From contig NC_057719.1 of the NCBI RefSeq assembly GCF_004010195.1, positions 28,932,556 through 28,996,555 on the forward strand: a stretch of DNA of 64,000 bases, in the 5' to 3' direction. Below, piece after piece: positions 10,386 through 24,308 of the stretch. The translations under genes and the position numbers were made by a program. The notes under the pieces are model-generated. The model did no database searches and was not told the DNA's origin. It worked only from the letters and a program-made list of their open reading frames with translations. Within the stretch, counting starts at the first letter, position 1, and every line of letters starts with the position of its first letter. This stretch comes from Chiloscyllium plagiosum. Its lineage: Eukaryota.

Positions 10386-13300
10386 TATTTAAAATTTAAA
10401 TCTAAATTCATACTTTGTTGAATGATTTATTGTCACTTGCATTTTACAGTAAAATACTTGCAGATATTTAATGTTCCTTATGTAGTCCAATCATGAAAGC
10501 AGGCATTAAAACACAAAAATATTCCTATATCCCTTATAGTTCTTTTTACTATAGTAGAGTTAATATAAAGAATAAAACGTCTGGTTTCTAAACTATAAGG
10601 CATAACATTACCCTGAGATGTATTATATTAGCAAAGAAAGGTATCAATCGCATTAAAAAATTATGGTGACTTAGGGGGAAGAAGTTGATTTACAGCTTCT
10701 CAAATTGCACACTAACTTCCTGATGATAGGCTGTTCTCCCAGACGAATGAAGAAATAGGTAAACGTTTCAGTGAAAAGGAAAACTGTGTCCAGCGATTCC
10801 ATTTAATAGAGAAAATTGATGCCAGCGAGAGATATGTGAGTTGCTGATGGAATGTTTTACTGCTTTTTGCCAGCTGATCATTCCATTTAGCAGCGGTAGC
10901 AAATGCAAGGCAATATTAGCCCACAGGCTTTCCCAACATCTTGAAACAAGCAGCAGCTTTAAATGAGGTCGTCCCTCCAGCTTCTCGGGTTAAAAGAGGC
11001 GGGCCTGTAAAATGTGGTAGAGCCATTACAAGAAACCTGAGATCCATTCATCATGCACTCAAATCGCCCCATTGCATTTGGATTGATTAGAGACAAACGA
11101 TACCGTACAGTCCAGAGCACAGGAGCCGTGCCTACTGACTCCAAAACCTTTATCTCGCTTCTACATTTATGACTGTAACGAATGACTAAAAACGTATTCA
11201 TTTCTGTCGTAACTATTTTCTTTTGGCAGTTAGGAACTTGAATACATTCATTCCGAGAATGTTTGACAATGCTCCTGCGCCTTCGAACAGTTCACAGCCT
11301 TAAAAGGGTTTTATTAACGAAGCTGGTGTTTCCGAGTGTCACAATTGAAATGTTATAACGATTACCTCCATTTCAGTGCCGAGACATCATTTTAAGTGAT
11401 TTCTCAAGAATCGTTACAAAACCTTAAGTACTTAACAGGTTAGAAGACTTCGGTAACCTTCTTACAATTGATGTGCCGTACAGATTTCACTCTGAAAGAG
11501 AATGGTAAATGCTCATTGGTGAAGTTTACATCTCCTAAATCCATTAATTGATAAGCGCACGCAATAATTGTAGGTCATTAGGTTTTTTTTAGCCTTATCA
11601 CATTTCCACAGAGGCAGAATAAATCCAATCGTTGCTGCACGCGATTTTAATGGAGCTGTATGCTGTACAATAGTAACCAGTTCCTATTGTCTATCTAATA
11701 TACTTCTCTTCAATTTCCAATCAGTTAGAGATGGAAAGGAATGTGCAATTTTGCGCGGAATCTCTCTACTCACGTTTCTAAAAGGAAACCAATGGCGTGT
11801 GCTCGGTGAGACCTCCCTCTACTTCCCATTAAACTGCGCCACAACAAATCAACCTTCCTCAACCCTCATTTAAACGGAAAGCAGCAGCTAATTAACTCCA
11901 TCTTTCCAGACAAGCCGCACTATTTATTTAATGTCACACAACATTAGTATCATTCACACTTTGATCTTACTGAGCAGAATTCTCTCGCCGTTACAAAGAA
12001 TGTTTTATGAAACTCACCATCATAGTTGAGGCAGGGAACATGTGACCATTTTTTTGTCGAAAGCTGCGAATACCTGAATTCTTTATTTAATTGGGAAATA
12101 ATTTTGATAAAAGAGAACTGCAACTGAAATCATTGGACAATTGTTTATTATTTAACTGTTTCGCAATGTTCGTGGTCTCACCCATTGCAAAACAGCCCGA
12201 AAGTTTATGTTAATTGTTTTTCCAGGTGGAAAGTTTGAATTAAACATGTATGTTTATTGATTGCAACAGATATAAGATAGCATCGCTAGAGTAGGTTGCT
12301 TTAAGGTCAAGGTGGTTTCACACTTAAATTTGATATATCTTAACGCTTATAGGATTGCCCGTTACAGACTGGCCGACGAGCATTCTCATTGTACTCGAGG
12401 TTTATAGACTCTCGAGGCTGGTATATCTGCATTTTTAAATATCTGGTTTATTAATGTTTCTGGGAAGATGTTTACCATTGTATGTGACCTTTGCTGAAAG
12501 AACAAATCCAAATCATGTCCATTTTCCTGATGGAAGTCTGCTTGTATTCCTTGAGCTGCAGTTTTTGGATTCAATTCTAATATGCATGTATAAGCTGAGA
12601 CTGTTAAACGGTCATTGCAGACAGTTTGTCCACTGTAACTAAATCGTGAGGCGCTACTAAGTAGTTTGCGCCCAGTAACTACCTGCGATTGTTTTCGTTG
12701 CTGATTGCACTATTAGTCGGAGACAAAAAAAAGTAGGTTATACTGTATTTTTCTTCAAGACAGACAAACTAGCACTGGCTTAGAAGGATGATCCCTGTCC
12801 AAGATCTCCCAGGGCGCTCACAAACATTGTTTTTACAGGTGTTCAGAGGAATCACTAAAAGTGATTAAAGGTTTATTCTATTCCATGCTAATGGATTTGG
12901 TGAGGATTTAGATAACTTCAACAAACGGAATGAACTGCGTTTGTTAAACGTTTAAACTCGGAGCTGTATTTTTAAAGAAATCGTTTTTGAAAAAAAAATA
13001 AATCTGGGGCTTCTGTAAGAAATCCGAGTCTTTTAAAGAGAGAGGTGGCATTAGACCTCACTGAATTGAAGGAAACGTGACATGATTGTTCAAACTACAA
13101 AGGAATCAGAGCGTTTGAAAGGAGTTTCACCAACGAATTTTAGAAATCAATCTACACAGGTGGGTTCCGCAAAACCAAACTCTGACGGAGTGGAATTAGG
13201 CACTGATCCTTTGCTCAAGGGGGTAAATGCCAAATATTTAAGTCATTCATTTCCTGTTGTGTTTTTATAGCACAACTGCCCTGTTTTGGCGAGTGCAGAG

Positions 13301-16139
13301 TCTACTTGCCATTAACTTGACAGCTTGCTAACTTGAGAAACAAGAAAGCTTTTTAAAAAAAAAACTCGGGTATTTCATTGGAACAAATACCTGGAACTAT
13401 CACTTGGAATTTGCATTTTGATTGTGGGCATTGATTGCCGGTGGAGGACAAGCTGGAAGATAGACAATGACTTTACTCAATGACCACGCATGATTAAATG
13501 TGTCTGGAGGGCACCGGTTCGGGCGGGAGGAGGTGTGCGTTTTATTAAGTATAACTTATGCGAGGCTTTAACATTTCGTTTGCTATTGACCAAATTAAAG
13601 TGACCACTTCACACCGTGCCCTTTTTAAGAAATAAATTATTCGGCATTAATGACTAAAGACGTGATGCCTATCTATTGAATTCTATATAAGAAATAATCG
13701 AACTCCTTTAAGTATCTCTAAGATATTTTTCTATTCTTACCGAGCGTATGTAAAACAATGCACGAGGTTTCTCTTTTGACCCTGAAAAGACAATAAATAG
13801 ATTACCCTGGATGTTGTTTGCGGTATTATTTATTTATTAATAAAAACGTAAAGTGGACACCATGAACCCGGATCCATACTGGGACACTTGTCAATGTTGA
13901 ACAATCCAAACAAAATTTGGAGTAAATCCTCTGGATTTAGAAGCAGATGGAATAGACCAGTTTAACATAATCTTCCCCACTCCGCTAATGCCAATTATTT
14001 CAATGTAATTATATTTGGTTTTGTTTTTAGCTTCTAGGAGAATAATACATTTAAATCGTAGTTGGAGTTTCCTCGTGCTGTTCTGAACTGGGACGCTAGT
14101 CCGCGGTTTAGAAATACAAAGAACTTGCATTGAGAGAGCGTCTTTCACGACCTCAAGTTGTTTCGTGGAATTTAATAGTTAACAGGATACCTTGGCGTGT
14201 AGGCACTTCTAGTGTTCAGGGAATGTAGGTGGGCAGACACACCTAATCATATCACAACATCTCAGACACTCATCCAAGTTTGGAAACTAACTGTACCGCA
14301 GTTTATATGCGCGAGCGATTTCAGTGATTTACGGTAGATCCTGACTTGGAGAGAGGGTTAAGGATCGGTTCCGGTCCCCAAACAGCTGCCTTGTCAATAA
14401 GGATCTGCCACAAGTGGAGACATCCCTGCTGTCAGGAGCCAGCCCTGCTCCCTAACCCTATCTCGCACCTCCTAGGCTCTAAAATAAGGAAAGAAAAGCA
14501 GCCACTGAGCCACATAGCAGGGCAATGCCTTTTCCCTTCTAATTTTGTATCTGATGGAATCAACAATTCTAAATAAAGACACGTATCTGACAGATCACCG
14601 CTTAATCCCTTTATCAGTCAAGCTCTCCTCTCCCATTCGGAGCGCCCGAGCAGTCTTGATTATCATCGCAGATAAAGAAGTGTAACCGCTTCAGTGTTCT
14701 TCCAATTAATTGTTAAAGACTAGCGTTTAAAGATAGTTTTAGGTAATTAACGCCGCCAACTGTTTGCATTGTCATTTCATGAAAACTAACAGGTTAATCC
14801 GATAACAAATGTACAGTATCAATTGTGACTAAAAATTGGATGGCTTTCCCTCTGAGTTATAGGCACAATTTTCCCCCAGCCCTCCTTAAGTTAGGCCTGA
14901 AAGAAGTTTCTGCTATAATATTTTTGCTTGGGACATTTTTAATTCTGTAAATAATCAGCGTAAATTGAATGTCATAACACAATTCATAACACAAGAACAA
15001 ATTTAATACGAATCACATTTCTGAGAGAAAATAAAAGATTAAAAACCTTGTTTTTGTCTGATGCACATGTTCATGTTCACTACTATGGCAATGATTAAAC
15101 CAAGCGCTCATCACATCATGAACTTTAACTGTAGCTAAGAATGAGACTGAAACATGGAAAATTGCATCAAATCCCCCCAGTAACTGCGATGCTGCCCATT
15201 ATAATTCCTCACTCATCCAGTAAATGCCTACCTGAGGTCTGGGACAGGTTTACTCTGATTTCCTGGCCCGTGTCGAATCCATACTCAAGCAGCGACGGCA
15301 TTCACTCCACATCATGATGGTAGATGAAGAGTGTACAGACCCATCAGAATTAGTCCATATATTAATGTATCCTTTGCCCTCTACATCAGACACAGGTTAC
15401 AGGGGTTCTTAGGTATTTCTCTATCATATAATTTCAAAATGTGATAAAAGTACCCGAATGACAAGATTAATTGGTTTGGGATGCTTTTGAGCAATGTAGA
15501 AACCAAAGCGCTGAGGGTGTAAACCTCTGCAGAAGGGACACTCAAAGGGGTCATGTTTCCGAAAATGTCCTGTTTCTTCTCGTTGCCGAACGGCAAATCA
15601 GATTGCAAGGCATCCCTTTTGAAGAATTCATCCGAGGTTTGAAATGAAAATGTTCGGTACTTAAAAAAGCGCACTTCCAACATTAAAAGGAGCATTTTAA
15701 TTATGTTATGAAAAGCAATTTAAATTAGTATTTTTGCCCCTGTCCAGAAGAACTGTTAGGAATAGGCTACCATTTGTAAACAGAGTATACAAGGTTGTAT
15801 AAATTAATTTCAGAGCTAGTATTCCCCGTGTTGTTGTATGTTAAAGTTTCAGTCAAAGGTTGTGTTTATACACTTTTCAAGCTCAACTCACTGCTATTCA
15901 CTACCTAAAGCAAAACACTCAAAAGAGAAAGCAGATGTGCTGCCATAGATCAGCTGCCGTTTACCTTTGCACACGATTTTCCTAAAAAGAAATAATAGAT
16001 ATTTTGGAAAATAATAATACAAGTGGAACGCTTCAGTCACCTCTCAGTGACAATAAGCTGCTGTAAAATAATGAGCTTTGTTTTAAGAAGGACGGTCAAT
16101 TAGAAATAATAATGAACTGTGGCCTAAGTTGGAGCGATA

Positions 16140-16410
16140 AAATTTGCATATTGAGTGACCCCTCCAAAAAATGCAAATAGGAAGTTGATTCCTGAGAGGA
16201 ATACATTGAGCTCTTCAAACCGAGTCGAAAGGTAATTGATTTGTAATGTAAAGGCGACCAATCCCGCAGGTGACATTTGAGAAGCTCTCGGGTTTCAGAC
16301 CTGACGTGTTTTCCAGAGTCCTTCATTTAGGAAGACTTTGCTCTTGTCTCTTGCAGTGGTAGGAGGGAAGTGCAGCCAATCAGCGGCCGGTCATCACTAT
16401 TAATGCGCAC
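16140..16410 (+). promoter_or_regulatory. Putative SIX1 proximal promoter
   Basis: NF-Y-type GCAGCCAATCAG (CCAAT 16376-16380), TATA-like TATTAAT 16398-16404, a second CCAAT 16259-16263, inverted octamers ATTTGCAT 16142-16149 and ATGCAAAT 16171-16178, all 190-450 nt upstream of the ATG. Confidence 0.6.
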
Positions 16411-16591
16411 TTACTAGGATGGGAACAGTATACTGCAGCCAGCCCCTAACAGGAGCGCTTTAGAGTATCAGCCGCTGGGTATCGGCGACTTCTGTCTGGA
16501 TCTGTTAACCCTTCCTGGCCTCAGCGATCTTTGTTGTTTTCTTTGTTTTTGGCGATCAGATTGTGGATACTACACCCTGACTCGCGAGTGA

Positions 16592-18407
<1,816 letters not shown>

Positions 18408-18711
18408 GGAAAACACTGAAAACACAAACACCTCTGGCAATAAACAAAACCAGTTGTCCCCTATCAACCGCAGTAAAAACCTGATGTCGAGTTCCGACGA
18501 GGAATTATCACCGCCCCAGAGCCCAGATCACTGCTCCGCGAGTCCTGTCTTACTGCTGCCAGGGAGCGTGAATCAATCTGTGGATTCCACCTTCTCTCTT
18601 CACGGCCTGAGCTCGTCACCAGGCGGCCACGCTGGCCCGGTCCATCCGCATGGACTCCAGGACTCACTGCTCGGCACTCTCACATCCAGCCTGGTCGACC
18701 TGGGATCGTAA
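18408..18711 (+). CDS. SIX1: SIX homeobox 1, coding exon 2 (C-terminal region)
   Basis: Pyrimidine-rich acceptor ...tgttccaatAG|G at 18406-18407. The frame continues (R)[18 protein letters not shown]...[15 protein letters not shown]...[18 protein letters not shown], with TAA ending at 18711. [20 protein letters not shown] and TSSLVDLGS are SIX1-type rather than SIX2-type. Spliced CDS is 864 nt = 287 aa + stop. Confidence 0.96.
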
Positions 18712-19261
18712 AAGAACAAATCCTCAGTGGACAGCCGAACGGTGAACTGATCAGCTACTCCGGTACTGTGCTGTGTAAATAATTGAACAGTCCTGTCCAT
18801 GTTATGGAATTTCAACTGATGGTACTTAATCTGTGAAAAAATAAGCGAGACCGCTGTCGTTCATTAGAGGAAAACAAACCGTCTTCATGAACTGCTGAGA
18901 GGCTTCATTTCTCACTTAATGCTCTTCAAATCTTTACGCTCTCCCCACTGCACAAAAAGCGTTCCAAATGCAACATTTGGCGGGCTGATCCTGTTTCTGC
19001 CAGGTTAATGCATCTGTCAGAATCAACCTGGATTTATCTCTCGTTTTCCATCTGTTTGCGTTCCTTGCAATTAACTGATTGCGAATCTGAAGTAAGGCAT
19101 CGAGTAGGACGAACGGGCTATAACTGAGGTAACAGCCGAGAGAGACAGAGAGAAAGAATAACTCCACTGAATATCAGGCAGAGTTCAGGCACAGAAACGA
19201 CTCCAAGTTTACAGTACGTTGTCACCAGTGGTGTATGGAGAGTAACATGGAAGTAGTTTAT

Positions 19262-19267
19262 AATAAA
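19262..19267 (+). terminator. Candidate SIX1 polyadenylation signal AATAAA
   Basis: AATAAA about 550 nt after the stop codon, followed by GT/T-rich sequence (ttatgttgtctccttttc). Confidence 0.45.
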
Positions 19268-22200
19268 ATCCAAACATGTGAAAAGCACGTGCTTATGTTG
19301 TCTCCTTTTCAGATTTTGGAAAAAAATATATTTAGAAGTTGGTTTATTTAAGAAAATGGTGTTGGAAATTGTTATTGGATGAGGCTCTCCGAAGCTCGCA
19401 GTTCAGGCGAAACTCGGCAATATTAATGTGCTGTTATATTGTCAATATCTAGCACGAGGACAACTAAGCAACGCCCAGATGTTGATTCCCTATTGTCTCG
19501 CCTGACATCTACAAATTCCCCTCTGCTATATCCCGGTGAGTAACCGTTACCTTATGGGAGCAAAGTAATATGATGCTGAATTTCCCTCTTCAATTCCAGA
19601 TAGCAAGTGTTGAGTTTACATCAAATCGGGAATCCATTTCGATGGGGCATTAGGAACAATAATTCGGCATTTTCCGAGTGCGCTTTCTGAGAGAGAAAAA
19701 AATTGTTTTGAACTTAGTCGCCGGAAAATGCAAGTCGCTACCCCTTTCCAAAAATGATCTGGAGGTGTCGGTGCTGGACTGGGGTGCACAAAGTTTTTTT
19801 TAAAAATCACAACATCAGGTCCAACAGATTTATTTGGAAGCATTGGCTTTCGGAGCCCTCTCCAAATAGATTGTGTTCTGTCTTCTGAATATTTTCAGAC
19901 AGTCTGCTTTACAAACATAATCAAATCCCTGAAATCTTGTTCAATTCTTGCCTCTGCCCCGAACGGGATATTTGTCCCAAAACGTTAAAGTTGGGTCCCA
20001 GCTTGTCAGATCCGCCTGCCATGGGTTTCAAAGAGGTGTAGCGATTGTATAACCCATCACGTTCGTAACTGAGGAGGAATCATTCACAGCTCTCCAACAG
20101 CTTAAAGATAAAGCAATCTCCAAGTCAACTGGCAGGTCATTTTAAAATTTCTATTTCGGATCCCCAACTTCCTTGCATTTTCTTTACATATGTTGTGGAG
20201 TAAAATGCCACAACAACAAATAATTCACCAACTGCAGGGAAAAAGATGCAGGGAAAAAATCGATAAACTGAAATAAAATGATCTATATATTTAGAACAAT
20301 GACAAGCACTCGTTAGAAGGTTCCCCGTTGCTTTATTCGAGTGTCGTGTTGCTAATATCCTTTGATAGTATATGGTTCTGGTTTACTGAAGATTGCAGAA
20401 TGTTTATTCTGTATGTTTCGGGCCATGGAAATCTCACCCCCTCTGGAGGACAGACTCTCACTCGGGATTAACTCAGTTTATGCAAAATTCCTGTGTAAAA
20501 TATACGTCCGTTTCGCAAGGATGACTTTAGTGAAGTCGTCCTAATTGTTACTTAGGATCGAAAGAGAAAGTTAGCTTATACGCGTAAGAGACGAGCATAT
20601 TTACAACGCGTCATTTCTCTTCGGCCCTCTCCGATTCTTGGTGATGCAATTAATAGAGACGGCAGCATAAAGAGCTACTGTGACCAACACCATCACTTCC
20701 CAGTAGATGTTGGCGGAATGGCAACTTTATGACAACTTTAGTAGGTGGGGGGAGGGGAGTAAGATGACTGAAGCGATGATGGGATGGATCTTTACAAAGA
20801 TTTTAAACAGTTTATCAATTTTGCAAGCTTATTTTACTTAACAAGCTTCGAAGAAACCTTCAACAATATAGCCACTACTCCCACCTCGTGTCAACACATT
20901 TCTATTTGTCCCTAGCTTCCATGTTGGGGTTTTCTCTTTTTAAGAATACGTGAAAATATGTTTTTGAACAGATTTGTTTTCATTGCTTTTTCTTTCATTG
21001 GGCCACTTGAAAGATTTGCATTGGGTTTTAACACGGATTTCTGGTCAAATGAGTTAAAGCAACCCAGGAGGATGGCGAAGCCAATTCAGGAGTTCATTGC
21101 AGACGCTCTACATCAAACGGATATTTCAATGTTGGGACTAACCGCTGGAGACCTTTACCTTTACTTTTCCTATAGGTTGTGCTTTAATATCTTTCACTGC
21201 AAGTGTTAAGAAATCGTAGCATCACGATGGCCCGCTCCTGGGTGACTTTGATCTTGTTACACTCGGGGCATTTTATTGTCAGTAATCCTGAAATCGCAGC
21301 TCCAACAGTAAAGCGCCCCATGCCCCAACGGCCACGAAAAGACATTCGGTTTTGGTCGAGTTTTCTTCTACATATAAAATAAACACACGACTGGCCTCCA
21401 GACACTCTTCGCTGGAAACTAAAAAGGCCTTCTATGAGATGAGGGTAATTGTTTTGAACAGCTCGAGTTTGGAGAGAACTGAGGATTTCCTGGCGTTAAT
21501 GTGAACCAGCCGCTGCCCTGCACTGCGCCTGTTGAATGTGGAGCAGATTTTGGCAAATATTACAGGGATTCAATTCAGGCTTTTGTGTTTTTAGAAGCAC
21601 CTCAGCGCTGATTTCAAATTTGTTTTCTTTACATTTTAAGCGTGCTCACAAAAATTAGATTCTTTATTTAAATTCGCCAACAGTGCTTATGTTTTTCTAT
21701 AGCCCCCAAGTCGCGGCCTTTGGCAGGAGTAATTAGCATGCTGTAGCTAATTGAATTTTGTTTCTAAATAAAAGGGCAATGTCTATTTCTATGGTCCATC
21801 CCAGAATGTAACGGGGGCAAGTTTAATTCTTTGGTCGGAATCACTCTCATTTGGCAAATTTTATAAATTATTTCCTTCAGCTCGAAGATTGGCTTGCATC
21901 TATGGTTTGAATTATCAGAAATACAAAAATGGCTGTTTGAAATGCAAAACAGTGCCAAAACCGAATGATAAAGTATGCCTGTAGAAAACATGTTTGAAGG
22001 AAACGTGTTTGATTAATGCAGATGCGTCTTGTAAAGCCCATTTCAAAATATGGCTGTCATCGAACTGCAATTTTTAAGATCCGGTTGAAAATTGCGAGGA
22101 AAGTCCGCTGGGAAATAGACAACAGTGTCTGATAGACGTCAAACAAACCTCCGGCCCAGTATATAATGCAGCTTTGGCCCTATTGCACGAAATGGTGACA

Positions 22201-24223
22201 AAACTACAGTCAGTAAAAAGGACATAGAACAGCGAGGGAGTATGTTCAAATAGCAATCGCAATAAAGGTGACATTGGAGAGAATATCTGTTGACTTCCGA
22301 CATACTTGAGAAGGTTAACACGTTTTTTGAGTTGAATGCTATTTGCAAGTCATAACTGTTTTGAAACATTTGTATAAATGCTTTCCAAAACTTCAGGACC
22401 AAAGTGAAGATTGCTCCTTCAAGAATCCTCATCTTTATCGATACATGAAACGTGGATTATTGTCAGGCCATTGCAGTCTGTACTCCATGCACATAAATAT
22501 GCAAGTCACTGCTGTATCACAAAGAGCAGATTGCTGGTTGGTCTAGCATGGAAAACAGGAGCTACCATCGGTTTCAGAACAATCATCACCTTGTTTGCCT
22601 TATTCTTCTGTTTACCAATTGATCTCCTGCAGTAGCGACTGTCAGTGATTTGGGGCCTGGATCTCCCGTGTGTATTACCTGCACCGAATTTCCAACACTG
22701 TCTCCCACCAAGATTTTAAACTTGACTCGCCAAGGCTTCGTTTTTCCAGAGGACAGTCGGATCAGGCTTCGGGCCTGATCGCTAATATCAGACAGGACGA
22801 GTTGATGCTTTTTATGTGAAGTTGTTTGTGGTAGTTTGGAAGCTGTGTCTGAGAGCTTTTCTCGAGGTCCTGTCATCTCGTCAGCTCTTACAGCCATTTT
22901 CAGTGTGTCCTTTGGCGATGTCAATCCTCCGTTCCGCAACTATGTTTCTCTCCTGTCTGTGATTTCTCTCTCTGTACATATCCACCTTTGTGTTTCTGGC
23001 TAGTTGTGTGTGTTTTTTTTAGCGTTTGAACCGTGCCTCAGTCTGCCTAGACAGCTTCTTGCATTGCAGCTTGATAATGGGGTAACGGGGAACCGCTTTA
23101 TTTCAGATATTTTTGCCACGTGGTTGGCCAGTATTTTGCTGCAATGTGTTTGAACAAAATCTGCAGCAAGTAAACGTTGTGTGCAATGAGAATGCAGAAA
23201 TGAAATCGTTTAGGTAAAACGAAAGGAGGCAATTAACCAGTGAGGAATAAACTTGGCGAACACTTTGAGAGAATTAACTGATGAGTGGGACTGACAATAA
23301 GACAACGGTATTTTATTCAACAATTAATACCATTAAATTCACCTTGGTATTGCTAATGCAAAAAATATGCAGCGGTATCATTAAACCAGACGTTTAATTA
23401 GAGGTTTTAATGAATGCGATCTGGCGGGACACGTATTGCGATCACGTGATTGAGCAAGTGTCCATATACCGAGGAGTAATGCCACAAGTTCTCATAAGCC
23501 AGGAGATAGGGTATTTCTTACAAAATCAACGTTTGCCTTTCATTGCATAATTAAATATTGGACGGTCCTTTAACGAGTGGAGGTAGCCGTGCTACAGCCG
23601 ACACAATGCTCAGTAACTGAATGATTAACTTATTTGAAATGTAAGGCCAGACAGGAGCGGCTTGTACCCCATGCGGACAGGAGAGGCAGCGTCCTCAGCT
23701 GATGGGAAAATAACAGCAAAACATTCTCAAAAAGAATTTTTAAGAAGTTGTTTGTAATGAATGAAATGATTTGTTGTTGCTGCTCGTAAAAAAAGTTTTT
23801 CAATGCAGGAAAAGGGGCAATCAAAACGAAGGTGTTGAAGGGTGATTTATGATTTATGTTTCATAAGTAGATGCACTAAATCACAGCAACAAAACCACCA
23901 AGGTCAACCAGCCTGTTGGGATACCTGAATTACTGCTTAATGCCTGGTTCTACACCAACAGTCTCGGCTGCTTTTAGCAGCGTCTTATTTGAACAAATGT
24001 TCAGTTAAAGGGGCAGCTAATCGCTGCGGATCAGCAATGAACTTCCCTCAATGCCGTCGCTGCAGTTAGAATCCAATAATAAAATAACGGATCCCCAGCT
24101 GCTCCGAAAGTAACGATGTTCCTTCCTGTATCAGTAACGGATGAGTGCCATGCCCACAACAGTTATTTCTATCTACCCTTGGCACCCGTCGGTTGCAGAT
24201 ATTGTGTCATCACATGTTGGAAA

Positions 24224-24308
24224 TGTGTTGCTGGAAAAGCGCAGCAGGTCAGGCAGCATCCAGGGAACAGGAGAATCGACGTTTCGGGCATAAGCCCTTC
24301 TTCAGGAA
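24224..24308 (-). mobile_element. Penelope-derived short insertion with hammerhead motif
   Basis: Minus strand CTGAAGA A GGGC TTAT GCCC GAAA CG TC, followed by the Penelope terminal sequence also seen at 48130-48190. Confidence 0.75.

Noticed and set aside
18454..18711. Independent 85-aa ORF
   Set aside because: It is the in-frame 3' part of SIX1 exon 2, opened at a TTG codon by the ORF caller.
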